Position numbers and translations under genes: made by a program. A stretch of DNA of 64,000 nucleotides from the NCBI GenBank assembly GCA_965246885.1, contig OZ251992.1, positions 288,001 to 352,000 of the forward strand. Reading direction: 5' to 3'. Below are positions 30,489-40,517 of this stretch, in pieces. Origin of the DNA: Abditibacterium sp. (lineage in GTDB: Bacteria > Armatimonadota > Abditibacteriia > Abditibacteriales > Abditibacteriaceae). The notes beneath the pieces were generated by a model that saw nothing but the letters and a program-made list of their open reading frames with translations, ran no database searches and was not told the DNA's origin. The stretch's first letter is position 1; every line of letters begins with the position of its first letter.

Positions 30489-31751
30489 ATGACCGATATT
30501 TTCTCTTTGCCGGACTTTGATTTCCCGCCGGGTTTTTGGTGGGGTAGTGCCACTGCCGGTTATCAAACCGAAGGTGAGGTGATACACGCCCACCTTTATC
30601 CCAAAGAGCAGGCGGGCGAGTTCGCCGAACTTTCGGGGCGGGCCTGCGATTCGTGGAACCGCTTGGACGAGGATTTGGAACTGCTCAAAACCTTGGGGCA
30701 CAACACCTATCGCTTTTCCGTCGAGTGGAGTCGCATCGAGCCGCGCGAAGGCGAGCGCGATGAAGCGGCGCTACGCCGCTATCTCGACTTCGCCCGCGCG
30801 CTCAAGGCGGCGGGCATCCGCGTCGTTCTCACGGTAGTTCACGGCGCGCACCCTTTGTGGTTCGAGGAAAAAGGCGGCTTTGGCGCCATCGAAAACCTGC
30901 CGCTTTTCGAGCGTCACGTCGCGTTCGTCGCCGAAAAGTTCGCAAACTTGGCCGACGCATGGATTGTGCTCAACGAGTTCAATCTCAGTTCGCGGCGCTT
31001 ATCTGCGCTTCATTTTCACGCGCGCGGCTACCACACCATTAAGAAGTTCTCGGATGCGCCGGTTTCGTCGGCGCACGCTTATCAGGAGTTGGCCCCGCTT
31101 CGCTCCCGCGACGAACTCGACCAACTGATGACGCGCCACCGCGACTTTGTGGAAAACGAGTTTTTCTTCCACGCTGTTCGCACTGGCGAAGTCGCCTCGC
31201 CACACACCCAAAGCGTGATGGCGCCCGAAATACAAGGCACCGCCGACTTTTGGGCCATCCAGTACTACACGCGCTTTATGGTGGACGGGCGTCAGGCCAA
31301 CGGGCAAGGCAAACGGTTCGACGCGCTGAAGTTGCAAATGATCGACCTGCCGGGATTCTACATGGAAGAGTTCTTCCCCGAAGGTTTGTTCAACTCTTGC
31401 CTGCGACTGCGAGATAAACCCATCATCGTCACTGAGAACGGCGTGAGCGCCGATAACGACGAGTTTCGGCTGGTGTTCTTGGTCGCCCACCTCAAAATGC
31501 TCCACGAAGCCATCGAGCAGGGGTGCGATGTGCGCGGCTACTTGCACTGGTCGCTGCTGGACAACTGGGAATGGGGCAGTTTCGTGCCGCGCTTTGGCTT
31601 AGTTGCCGTTGACCGCGACACCTTCACGCGAACGGTCAAACCCAGCGGCAACTTGTTCCGCGACATCATCCAACACAACGGCTACCAACCGGAAATGATC
31701 GCGCGCTACCTGCGGCAGATGCCGCGACTTTCTTCCCAACCCTCTTCATAA
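30489..31751 (+). CDS. Glycoside hydrolase family 1 (beta-glucosidase-like)
   Basis: FPPGFWWGSATAGYQTEG, YRFSVEWSRIEP, NEF acid/base, VTENG nucleophile, WSLLDNWEW, PRFGL. Confidence 0.93.
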   Translation: MTDIFSLPDFDFPPGFWWGSATAGYQTEGEVIHAHLYPKEQAGEFAELSGRACDSWNRLDEDLELLKTLGHNTYRFSVEWSRIEPREGERDEAALRRYLDFARALKAAGIRVVLTVVHGAHPLWFEEKGGFGAIENLPLFERHVAFVAEKFANLADAWIVLNEFNLSSRRLSALHFHARGYHTIKKFSDAPVSSAHAYQELAPLRSRDELDQLMTRHRDFVENEFFFHAVRTGEVASPHTQSVMAPEIQGTADFWAIQYYTRFMVDGRQANGQGKRFDALKLQMIDLPGFYMEEFFPEGLFNSCLRLRDKPIIVTENGVSADNDEFRLVFLVAHLKMLHEAIEQGCDVRGYLHWSLLDNWEWGSFVPRFGLVAVDRDTFTRTVKPSGNLFRDIIQHNGYQPEMIARYLRQMPRLSSQPSS

Positions 31752-31756
31752 GCATC

Positions 31757-33589
31757 ATGAACAAATCAAATCTTTTAGGCGCCCTCAGCTTGACTGTGGG
31801 CTTATGGACGGCCACTCTCGCGGCAGGCGCGCAACCCGCGCCGACATTGGCTACTAACGCTCCGAACATGACCACCGGCAGCAAGAAGCTGATTCAAATC
31901 GGCTGGGACTCGGTTGAACCGGCTTATCTGCGCGATCATGCCGCCCAAATGGAAGCGTCCTCGCCGTTCAACGGGCTTGTCGTTGTGTTGCGTCCCGCGC
32001 CTTTTGGCGATGAAGCGCGCATTCACCAGTTCGGAATGCAGTTGGACGAAACGCAAATTTTTCAGGGCCAAGCGTGGCCGCGCGCCGCGTTCGTGCCCGA
32101 AGTGGCAGCGATGAAAGCGTGCAAGTTCAAGCAGTTCACCGACAACTTTGTCCGCGTGAATTCGACGCCGGGCAACCTCGCATGGAACGACGACCGGGCG
32201 TGGCAAAACGCGACGACCACGCTCGGTAACTTCGCGTGGTTCGCCAAGCAGGGCGGCTTGAAAGGGATATTCTTCGATCAAGAAACCTACGCTTCGCCAC
32301 TTTACAAATACCAGCCGACTTCGGGCTTATCGTGGGAGGAAACGAATCGTTTGGCCCGCAAGCGCGGCGCTCAGGTGATGCGCGCCATCGGCAAAGAGTA
32401 TCCCGACATCACGATGATGTATCTGTGGTTCATGACGCGCAACATGTCGACGGCGCGTGGCGGCAACGTGCAAGAAGCTCTCAAGACAGATAATTATGGC
32501 CTATGGCCCGCCTTCGCTAACGGAATGCTCGAAGCTGCTCCCCCACAAGCGAAATTCGTGGACGCGACTGAAGAGGCTTACTACGCGCGCAACAAAAGCG
32601 ATCTGCTCGACCTGTATAACGCGGTGCGCAACGACAACAGCCCGTTGCAGCGTTTGGTGTCGCCGGAACTGCGAGCCAAATACCGCGCTCAGGTGCAGGC
32701 CGGTCAATCGGTTTATGCTGATGCGTATTATTCAAAGCCCGATTTCGAGTTCTATATCGGCCCCAAAGAGGGCGGCACGGAACTCGACAGATTGCGGGAG
32801 ATGACCCATTTCGCGCTTGATGCGTCGGACGAATACGTGTGGTTTTACAACGAGAGCGCGAAGTGGTGGCCGGTTGATTATTACGTGGACTCGCCCGCCA
32901 ACAAAACGTGGCGCGAGGGACTTTTGCCCAAAACCATCGGTCAAGGCCGCCCCATCGAACAGGTGCTACCGGGTATCACCCAATCGGTCGCGTGGGCCAT
33001 CAACCCGAACAAAGAATCGCTGCACATCGTAAGCGAAAAGATGGAAACCGGCGCGCTGCCGGGGAATCTGGTGGCGAACCCGACCTTTTCAGACCAAGCG
33101 CCAGCGACAGTTGCGGCAACGCAAGCCGATTGGAAAACCGGCGCGGTGCCGGGTTATGCCAGTTGGCAAGACGACAAGTCAAAGGGCATTTTCGAGCTAA
33201 GCAAAGAAATCTCGAACGGCGCGGACGGAAGTGCCCTCGTGCGCGGCGTGAGCGCGGGGTGCCTCATTCAGCGCGTCCCGGTTAAGGCCGGTCAGCAATA
33301 TGTGGTGTCGCTCGACGCACTGCAAAAAGGCAAAGGGATTCCGCGCTTGCTCGTCCGTTGGGGAACCGACGCGGCGAACATGATCTACCAAGACGAGCAG
33401 GTTTATTCCTTCGACACCAAAGCTGAGAACGGCTGGAAGCGCGCGGGCGGCGTGTTCACGGTTCCCGAAGGAAAGACCTACGCCGTCGCGCTGTTGTTGG
33501 TGGATGGCCAAAGCAACAAAGACGCCGACCGGATTCACTTCGACAACTTCAATATCGTTCCTCTGGAAACGCTCCTCAACCCGAAATGA
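31757..33589 (+). CDS. Secreted hypothetical TIM-barrel protein with C-terminal CBM4/9-like domain
   Basis: Signal peptide; KKLIQIGWD, PFNG, GIFFDQETY, ASDEYVWFY; NLVANPTF. Confidence 0.7.
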   Translation: MNKSNLLGALSLTVGLWTATLAAGAQPAPTLATNAPNMTTGSKKLIQIGWDSVEPAYLRDHAAQMEASSPFNGLVVVLRPAPFGDEARIHQFGMQLDETQIFQGQAWPRAAFVPEVAAMKACKFKQFTDNFVRVNSTPGNLAWNDDRAWQNATTTLGNFAWFAKQGGLKGIFFDQETYASPLYKYQPTSGLSWEETNRLARKRGAQVMRAIGKEYPDITMMYLWFMTRNMSTARGGNVQEALKTDNYGLWPAFANGMLEAAPPQAKFVDATEEAYYARNKSDLLDLYNAVRNDNSPLQRLVSPELRAKYRAQVQAGQSVYADAYYSKPDFEFYIGPKEGGTELDRLREMTHFALDASDEYVWFYNESAKWWPVDYYVDSPANKTWREGLLPKTIGQGRPIEQVLPGITQSVAWAINPNKESLHIVSEKMETGALPGNLVANPTFSDQAPATVAATQADWKTGAVPGYASWQDDKSKGIFELSKEISNGADGSALVRGVSAGCLIQRVPVKAGQQYVVSLDALQKGKGIPRLLVRWGTDAANMIYQDEQVYSFDTKAENGWKRAGGVFTVPEGKTYAVALLLVDGQSNKDADRIHFDNFNIVPLETLLNPK

Positions 33590-35301
33590 AGATGTTGCCT
33601 CTTGTTACATGGGGAGCGGCTGGACTGCTGTGGGTCGCTTCCTCTTGCGCTGTTGCCGCTCCCGCCTCGCCGCGAACGCCCGCGCCTCTTTCTGCGCTTA
33701 TCGAATATGGCGATGACGCGCCCACGCCCGCATGGGCGCGCGACCATGCCCGCGAGATGCAGTCGCGCCCTTTCGAGGGCGTGGCTTTGCGCTGCGAGGG
33801 TGGTGCGGCGCTTTTTACGCATCAACCGTTAAAAGCGGGCGCCTTCGCGTCCGACTCAAAGGCGTTGCGCGAGTTTCAAGGCGGAAAGTTGCGCGCCAAT
33901 TTCTTGATCGTCGAGATGGGCCGCGAGCGTGGGTGGAGCTTTGAGAACGCCTCCGATGTGCGCGCGATGGAAGAAAACGCGCGGCTTTATGGGCAACTAA
34001 TCCGCGCGGGACACCTGCGCGGTGTGCTATTTTCCGAGCGGCCTTGGGGCGTGGACGTGCCTTGGATAAAATCCGAACGGGACGGAGATTTGGGCGCGTT
34101 GCAGGGGGCGTCGCGTCAGGCTGGAATGCGGTTCTTTCGGGCGCTGCAAAGCGAGATGGTTCCAGTCGAGATGTTGCTGGTGACAGGCAAAAATCGCGGC
34201 GACGCCAACGACGTATTGCCCGATTTTCTGACTGGAGCGCTCGAAGTTGCGCGCTTGCAAGACACCATCATTGACGGTGACGGCTTGTCTTTCGACTACA
34301 CCTCAGGAGAAAGCCTTCTCCTATCTTACAACCGCCGTCGGAGTCGGGGATGGAAAGGTTTGCCGCCTGAACTGCGGCCCAAGTTTCAACTTGTGGCGCG
34401 CGCGGCGTCGGGCGCTTACGCCGAATGGAACTATCATGCGGGCGGCGATTCTCCCTGGCCAGCCGACAACCCGACGGCGTGGCTTGAACACAACCTTTAC
34501 TATGCCCTCAGCACCTCCGATGATTACGTGTGGCTGTGGAGTGGGGTCTACGACTGGTGGCACAAAGCGCCCGACCCGACCTTGACGGCGACCATCGAAC
34601 GCGCCCGCGCGAAAGTCGAGCAGGGGCAACCGTTGGGATTCGAGTTGGAGCCATATCTTCGCGCCGACCGCGACAAAAAGCGCGCGCAGTTCGCCGCTAA
34701 AGCCAGCATCACCCGCACCAAAGGCGCCGCGCTGCGCATAGGTGGCGAAAGGGATCCACTCTGGCAAACGCTTCCTTCGCTGGGCGCATTCCGCGCGCTG
34801 GGAAGCTCGGCGCCGCTTCAACCCCAAGAGCAAACTGAGGTGCGCGCCTGCTATGACGACACGTTCTTATATCTCTCCTTCACCTGCCACGAACCGGACA
34901 TTTCCCAGGTTACCATCGCGGGCACCAAACGCGGCGACGCTTTGTGGGAAGGCGATACGGTCGAGTTCTTTATTGACAACCCGGCGCGGGCGCACTCGAT
35001 GTTTCAGGTGATTTTAAACCCCAAAGGCGTTGTGTTCGACCAGATGTTCACGACGGGCACAGGCGGCGAAACCGCTTCCCTCGCGCTCCAAAGCGCGGGT
35101 AGAATCAATCGGGACGGCTGGGCGGGCGAACTGGCCATCCGCTGGGATTCCATAGGCGGCGCGCCCACTCCCGGCCAGACGCGCTATGTCAACATCGGGC
35201 GGGGCCGCACGCGCGCGGCGCAGAAAAGCTCGTGGTCACCCCTGAGCGGCGGCAGCTTCTTGGCGCCCGACCAAATGGGGGTTTGGGCGTTCGCGCCCTG
35301 A
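33586..35301 (+). CDS. Secreted paralog of the previous barrel with C-terminal CBM9-like domain
   Basis: LIEYG, PFEGV, TSDDYVWLW shared with 31757; YDDTFLYL.F.C.E, WEGDTVEFFID. Confidence 0.7.
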   Translation: MKMLPLVTWGAAGLLWVASSCAVAAPASPRTPAPLSALIEYGDDAPTPAWARDHAREMQSRPFEGVALRCEGGAALFTHQPLKAGAFASDSKALREFQGGKLRANFLIVEMGRERGWSFENASDVRAMEENARLYGQLIRAGHLRGVLFSERPWGVDVPWIKSERDGDLGALQGASRQAGMRFFRALQSEMVPVEMLLVTGKNRGDANDVLPDFLTGALEVARLQDTIIDGDGLSFDYTSGESLLLSYNRRRSRGWKGLPPELRPKFQLVARAASGAYAEWNYHAGGDSPWPADNPTAWLEHNLYYALSTSDDYVWLWSGVYDWWHKAPDPTLTATIERARAKVEQGQPLGFELEPYLRADRDKKRAQFAAKASITRTKGAALRIGGERDPLWQTLPSLGAFRALGSSAPLQPQEQTEVRACYDDTFLYLSFTCHEPDISQVTIAGTKRGDALWEGDTVEFFIDNPARAHSMFQVILNPKGVVFDQMFTTGTGGETASLALQSAGRINRDGWAGELAIRWDSIGGAPTPGQTRYVNIGRGRTRAAQKSSWSPLSGGSFLAPDQMGVWAFAP

Positions 35302-35341
35302 GCCAGCGCGAGTTAGTCCGCATCAGGTGGCTGCTTTCGGG

Positions 35342-35362
35342 TAAATTGAAAGGTAGAACCTA
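35342..35362 (+). promoter_or_regulatory. -10 (TAAATT) plus operator AAGGTAGAACCTA
   Basis: GGTAAATT(c/g)AAAGGTAGAACCT is almost identical to 10327-10348. Confidence 0.75.
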
Positions 35363-35387
35363 ATGCGATCAGGAGCAAGCCACCCCG

Positions 35388-37466
35388 ATGCCAACATTCA
35401 CTTCCACGCCTTCCTTGGAGGAAATTTCTCCTCCCACCCCAAGCAGCCCGGCGCCCGTTTCGCGCGAAGGGCGCGTGGTTTCGGCGCGGGCAGTCGCTTT
35501 GGGGCTAGTGCTGTCGGTGTTGGGCGCGGCACTCAATGCGTGGATGGTGACCATCGCCAACGTGGGTTCGATTGGCGGCGTGCAGTTGCCTTTGGGCGCT
35601 GTGTTCGCGCTCGCGGTTTTGATTTTGGGCATTAACTGGCCGCTTCATGCTTTGAACCAGCGCGGGTTTCGGCTGGTCGCACCGCTATCGCGGGCGGAAA
35701 TGGCGACCATTTACACGATGCTGCTGGCCGCGACGATTCTGTCCACGTCGGGCACGCTCGACTTCTTCGTGACGCTTGGGCCGGGGCTGTTCTATTTTTC
35801 GACGCGCGAGAACGGTTGGGCCGACACCTTCTATCGCTTTTTGCCGCGTCATTACGCGCCGGGGTGGGACGGGCACGTGTTTCAGCGTGAAGTCATTGAC
35901 GCTTTCTATGTCGGCGGCCTTTCTCGCTCACAGATTCCTTGGCACGCTTGGACGCTGATGTTGCTGTCTTGGGGGGTGCTACTGGGGTTGGTGACGGGCG
36001 CGTTTTTCTTCTTGTCGCTGCTGTTGCGCCGCCAATGGATCGAGAATGAGTCGCTCACCTTCCCCTTGCTCGAACTACCGCTTCAGATGGTGGACTCGTC
36101 GGATGAGCGGCCCACGCATTCGGCGTTTTGGACGAACCGCGCGCTGTGGATGGGCGTGGTGCTGGCTTTTGGCGTTCACTTTTTGCGGGGGATGAACCAC
36201 TATTTCCCCGATTGGCCCATTGTTCCGGGCTTTCACGGCCCCGGAGTGGATGTGGAGTTCACCGAGATGCCGTTTCTCGTGCTGGGAAAGATGGGCATTA
36301 ACATCCTGCTCGGCGCCGTCGGCGTGGCTTATCTGCTGTCGCGCGAAGTGTCGTTCTCGATGTGGTTCTGCTTCTTTCTGGTCAAAGCCCAACTCGTCTT
36401 GGCGCAGATGTCAGGGTATCCGCCAAGTAACCTGCCCAAGGATTTGTATTTGGGCCGCCCCACTTTCATTACCCATCAAAGCATCGGCGGCTGGGCAATG
36501 ATGGCCGCGATGCTGTTGTGGACGGCGCGCGGGCATGTGGGGAACATGGCGCGCGCTGCTCTTCGCCCGCGAAGCGCGTCGGCGCTCCTTTCCAACGAAC
36601 CATTTGCGCCGCGCGTTGTGATGGGCGGCCTCGCGCTCTGCGCGTTGGGGACGCTCGGCTGGTGCGTGTATGCGGGCATCAACCCGCTCTTGGCGCTTTT
36701 GTTCTTCGCGCTTTATGGCGCGATGAGCGTGGTGCTGGCGCGACTGGTTCTCGAAGCGGGGATGATTTTTCCGCAGTTCACGTTTTCCTCGTTCGACGTG
36801 CTGACGGGGCTGGCACCGGGCGCGGGCGCGATGGGCGGCGCGAACTTAACCCGCCTCAGCTTTTTGCAGACCTCTTTGTTCGGTGACGCGCGCTCGAACT
36901 CTTTGCCCGTGTTCCTCACGGCGCTCAAACTGGCGCACGCGCAGGGTCTGGACGGTCGCAACACCCGCCGCCTGATGGGAGCGGCTTTGCTCGCGGCATT
37001 GACGGCGATGGCGGTGTGCGTTTTGGTGGACATCTGCGCCCTTTACAGTCACGGCGCGCTCGCTTCCTATAGCTGGTTCACCAAAGACGGGCCGCAAAGC
37101 ACATTTTCGGGCGTCGCCAGTTTGCTGCGCGGCGACAGCGCGCCAAACGCGGGGAACTGGGCGTGGTTCGCCGTCGGCGCTTTCGTGGTGTGGGCGATGC
37201 TGTTCCTACGCACGCGCTTCCTGTGGTTCCCGCTCCATCCGCTCGGATATATTGTCGCATCCGGCTACGCCATTGGCCCGCTCTACACTTCGTTCTTCAT
37301 CGGCTGGCTACTCAAGGTCGTGATGGTCAAATACGGCGGACATGACCGCGCGCAGGCGCTCAAGCCGTTCATGATCGGCCTCATCCTCGGCAACGCCTGC
37401 GCCATGATGCTGTGGATCGCTATCGGCACCTTCGCCGGAAGCTACATCCAATACTTCCCGGCCTAA
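35388..37466 (+). CDS. Polytopic membrane protein, DUF6785/DUF6784-type (putative transporter)
   Basis: Many TM segments; IPWHAW, LLRRQW...E.L.FP, R.RFLWFPLHPLGY, P.MIGLILG. Confidence 0.7.
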   Translation: MPTFTSTPSLEEISPPTPSSPAPVSREGRVVSARAVALGLVLSVLGAALNAWMVTIANVGSIGGVQLPLGAVFALAVLILGINWPLHALNQRGFRLVAPLSRAEMATIYTMLLAATILSTSGTLDFFVTLGPGLFYFSTRENGWADTFYRFLPRHYAPGWDGHVFQREVIDAFYVGGLSRSQIPWHAWTLMLLSWGVLLGLVTGAFFFLSLLLRRQWIENESLTFPLLELPLQMVDSSDERPTHSAFWTNRALWMGVVLAFGVHFLRGMNHYFPDWPIVPGFHGPGVDVEFTEMPFLVLGKMGINILLGAVGVAYLLSREVSFSMWFCFFLVKAQLVLAQMSGYPPSNLPKDLYLGRPTFITHQSIGGWAMMAAMLLWTARGHVGNMARAALRPRSASALLSNEPFAPRVVMGGLALCALGTLGWCVYAGINPLLALLFFALYGAMSVVLARLVLEAGMIFPQFTFSSFDVLTGLAPGAGAMGGANLTRLSFLQTSLFGDARSNSLPVFLTALKLAHAQGLDGRNTRRLMGAALLAALTAMAVCVLVDICALYSHGALASYSWFTKDGPQSTFSGVASLLRGDSAPNAGNWAWFAVGAFVVWAMLFLRTRFLWFPLHPLGYIVASGYAIGPLYTSFFIGWLLKVVMVKYGGHDRAQALKPFMIGLILGNACAMMLWIAIGTFAGSYIQYFPA

Positions 37467-37476
37467 CCCTTTCGTC

Positions 37477-38895
37477 ATGTCCTCTTATTCCACTTCCCAA
37501 TCGCTTTTTGAGCGCGCGCAGAACGTGCTCGCGGGCGGCGTGTCCAGCGAGTTCCGCAAGTTCTCCAGTCCGCATCCGCTCTTCTACACGCGCGGCGAGG
37601 GCGCGCGCTTGTGGGACGCCGACGGCAACGAGTATCTCGACTTCACGCTGTCCCAAGGGCCACTCATTCTGGGCCATTCCCACCCGCGCGTGTTGGAAGC
37701 GGTCGCCGCCTCATCCGCGCACGGGCAACTGTTCGCGGGGCAGCACTTGCAAGAGTTGGAACTCGCCGAGAAGCTGCAACGCCTCTTGCCATGCGCGGAG
37801 CTTTTGCGCTTTTCGCTGTCGGGCAGCGAGTGCGACCACATCGCGCTGCGTTTGGCGCGCGCGGCAACGGGGCGGCAAAGGTTCATCCGCTTCGAGGGGC
37901 ACTATCACGGCTGGTTCGATAACGTCGCGCTGGGCGTGACCGGGCCAAGCGTCGAAGCCCTCGGCGCGCGCGAGCACCCCACGCTCCACCCTTGGAGCCA
38001 AGGCTTGCCGCCGCGCCTCGACGAGGAGATGATCGTCTTGCCTTGGAACGACCTTGCCCTCTTGCAGCGCACCGTGCGCGAACACGCGGGGCAAATCGCC
38101 GCTATCATCACGGAACCGGTGATGTGCAACAACGGCTGCATCCCGCCCGCGCCGGGGTTCCTCGAAGGCATCCGCGCACTGTGCGACGAGGCGGGCATCG
38201 TGTTTATTCTCGACGAGGTCATCACCGGCTTCCGCTTGGGGCTGGGCGGCGCGAGCGCGTATTTTGGCGTTACGCCCGACCTTGGCATCTTTGGCAAAGC
38301 GATGGCGAGCGGCTACCCCATCGCTGTCATCGCGGGCCGCCGGTTCTTTGGCGAAGGGCACGCCCTCGCGGGCGCGCCGCTCATGGAACTGATGGCGCAG
38401 GGCAAAGTGGTGCACGCGGGAACGATGAACTCGTGCAATCCGTGCGTAGCGGCGGCTCTGGCGACGCTCGAAGTGCTGGAAGAGGGCGGCGACGTTCACG
38501 CGCGCTTGTTCGCCTTGGGGCGCCGCTTCATGGACGGACTATGCGAAGCGGCGCGCGCGGCGGGGCACGACGACTTTCTGGTGCAGGGGCTGGGGCCGAT
38601 GTTCAACGTGCAATGGACGCCGCTCCCCTCTGTGCGCGACTACCGCGACACACTTCTCTCCGACAAAGGGAAGCTGAACCAGTTCGTCGCGCTGATGGCG
38701 GCGCGCGGCGTGCGCGTCATCGGGCGCGGCCTCTTCTATATCTCCGCCGCGCACACCGAAGCGGACATCGAGCGCGGCATCGAGACGGCGCGCGCCGTGC
38801 TGAGCGACATGAAAAGCGGGCACGGCGGCACCAACGGGACGGCGCCCGCGCGTGATGAGACGGCGGACGTGCTGTCCAATGGGGACGCGCGATGA
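37477..38895 (+). CDS. Class III PLP aminotransferase (glutamate-1-semialdehyde aminomutase-like)
   Basis: GGVSS, WDADGNEYLD, FEGHYHG, DEVITGFR, PDLGIFGKAMASG. Confidence 0.9.
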   Translation: MSSYSTSQSLFERAQNVLAGGVSSEFRKFSSPHPLFYTRGEGARLWDADGNEYLDFTLSQGPLILGHSHPRVLEAVAASSAHGQLFAGQHLQELELAEKLQRLLPCAELLRFSLSGSECDHIALRLARAATGRQRFIRFEGHYHGWFDNVALGVTGPSVEALGAREHPTLHPWSQGLPPRLDEEMIVLPWNDLALLQRTVREHAGQIAAIITEPVMCNNGCIPPAPGFLEGIRALCDEAGIVFILDEVITGFRLGLGGASAYFGVTPDLGIFGKAMASGYPIAVIAGRRFFGEGHALAGAPLMELMAQGKVVHAGTMNSCNPCVAAALATLEVLEEGGDVHARLFALGRRFMDGLCEAARAAGHDDFLVQGLGPMFNVQWTPLPSVRDYRDTLLSDKGKLNQFVALMAARGVRVIGRGLFYISAAHTEADIERGIETARAVLSDMKSGHGGTNGTAPARDETADVLSNGDAR

Positions 38896-40517
38896 ACCGC
38901 TTTCTGAACCGCGCGCCGCGCGTCCTTGTCGGTGGCTTGCACCACGAAACCCATACCTTTTTGGCGGGCCGCACGACGGCGGGCGACATCGAATGGCAGC
39001 GCGCCCCGGAGATTTGGGGGCAGCAAGGCGCCGCGACGCCGCTCGCGGGTGCCTTGTCCGTCGCGCGCGGATGCGGTTGGGATGTCGTGCCCGTCCTCCA
39101 CGCCAACGGCGTTTCCGGGCCGTGCGTCGAAGACAGCGTCGTCGAGGCGTGGTGGAACGAGTGGGAGCGCGCCATTGTGCAGCAAAGCGGGCCAGTGGAC
39201 GCCATTTTTTTGGCTCTGCACGGCGCGATGGTGTCGGGGTCGCTGCCCGATGTCGAAGGCGAACTGCTCACGCGCTTGCGCGAGTTGGTCGGGCCGGACG
39301 TCTTCATCGGCGGCGTGCTCGATTTGCACGCCAACTACTCGCCCGCGATGGCCCGCGCCGCCGACGTGCTGGTTTGCTACCGCGAGAACCCGCACACCGA
39401 CGGTTGGACGTCCGGCGCGCGCGCGGCAAAGCTACTCGCGCGCTTGCTCGATGACCCCTCTGACCATGCGCACACGCTTTGCGCGCACGCGCCCCTCATC
39501 TGGGCGCCGCCCGATACGGGCACGGCTCAGGGGCCGATGCGCGCTTTGGAAGCCAAGGCGCGCGCCCTCGAAGCGGGGCACCCCGACTTCTGGGCGGTCA
39601 ACGTCTTTTCCGGCTACTCCTTTGCCGACACGCCTTGGACGGGCGTTTCGTTCTCGGTCGTCACCTCTGGTGACGACGACGAGGCGCGCGCGGCGTTGCA
39701 GGAGTTGTGCGACCAAGCAATGCAGGGCGCGCAGGACATGGAGGGTGACGAACTTTCCCTTGGCGCCGCCCTCTATGACGTGAGCGCCCTCCTGCGTGAC
39801 TCGGCGCGGCGCGGCCCGATTGTGTTGGCCGAACCAAGCGACAACATCGGCGCGGGCGCTCCCGGTGATGGCACCCATCTCCTGCGCGCCTTGCTCGCGC
39901 ATAACTTCGGGCGCCCGCACTCGGCACGCTTTGACGGCGCTCAAACCCCGCTTATCGGCGCCATCTTGTGCGATGCCCACGCCGTCGAACAGGCCCAGTC
40001 TTGGCAACCGGGCGAAGCGCGACGCGTGTGCGTGGGCGGTCAGGTGTCTCCTCTGAGCGGCCCACCCCTCGCGCTGATGGCGACGCGTCTGCACATGAGC
40101 AACGGCGAGTTTGCCCTGCAAGACCGCGACTCGCACATGGCGGCGGCGGGCGTGCGGTTGGTCGAGATGGGGCCAAGCGTTTTGCTGCGCGTCGAGCCAC
40201 AGCCGCGCTCCGGCATCCATAACCGCGCCCTCCTGTTGCTGACGAGCCGCCCGACGCCGCCTTGGGACTTGGGGCAGTGGCGGAGCATGGGCGTTGACCC
40301 GCGCGCCCTCGACATCTTCGTCGCCAAAGCTGCCGTTGCGCACCGGCGCACCTACGACCCCATCGCGTTCGCCTCGTTGCTGGTGAGGACGCCGGGGCCA
40401 TGCACCTCCGACCTGAGCGCGCTCCCGTATACCCACGTGCGCCGCCCGATTTGGCCCCTCGACCCGCTCGACGCCTTCGGCGCGGAAAGACTTTTGGAGG
40501 CGACTGCAACGTCATGA
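38892..40517 (+). CDS. M81 family metallopeptidase (MlrC-like)
   Basis: HETHTF, LALHGAM, DLHAN, YRENPHTD, DNIGAGAPGDGT. Confidence 0.9.
   Translation: MNRFLNRAPRVLVGGLHHETHTFLAGRTTAGDIEWQRAPEIWGQQGAATPLAGALSVARGCGWDVVPVLHANGVSGPCVEDSVVEAWWNEWERAIVQQSGPVDAIFLALHGAMVSGSLPDVEGELLTRLRELVGPDVFIGGVLDLHANYSPAMARAADVLVCYRENPHTDGWTSGARAAKLLARLLDDPSDHAHTLCAHAPLIWAPPDTGTAQGPMRALEAKARALEAGHPDFWAVNVFSGYSFADTPWTGVSFSVVTSGDDDEARAALQELCDQAMQGAQDMEGDELSLGAALYDVSALLRDSARRGPIVLAEPSDNIGAGAPGDGTHLLRALLAHNFGRPHSARFDGAQTPLIGAILCDAHAVEQAQSWQPGEARRVCVGGQVSPLSGPPLALMATRLHMSNGEFALQDRDSHMAAAGVRLVEMGPSVLLRVEPQPRSGIHNRALLLLTSRPTPPWDLGQWRSMGVDPRALDIFVAKAAVAHRRTYDPIAFASLLVRTPGPCTSDLSALPYTHVRRPIWPLDPLDAFGAERLLEATATS

Noticed and set aside
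37477..38895. Assigning hemL
   Set aside because: GSA-aminomutase-like, but the catabolic context and absence of other hem genes argue for a paralog with a different substrate.
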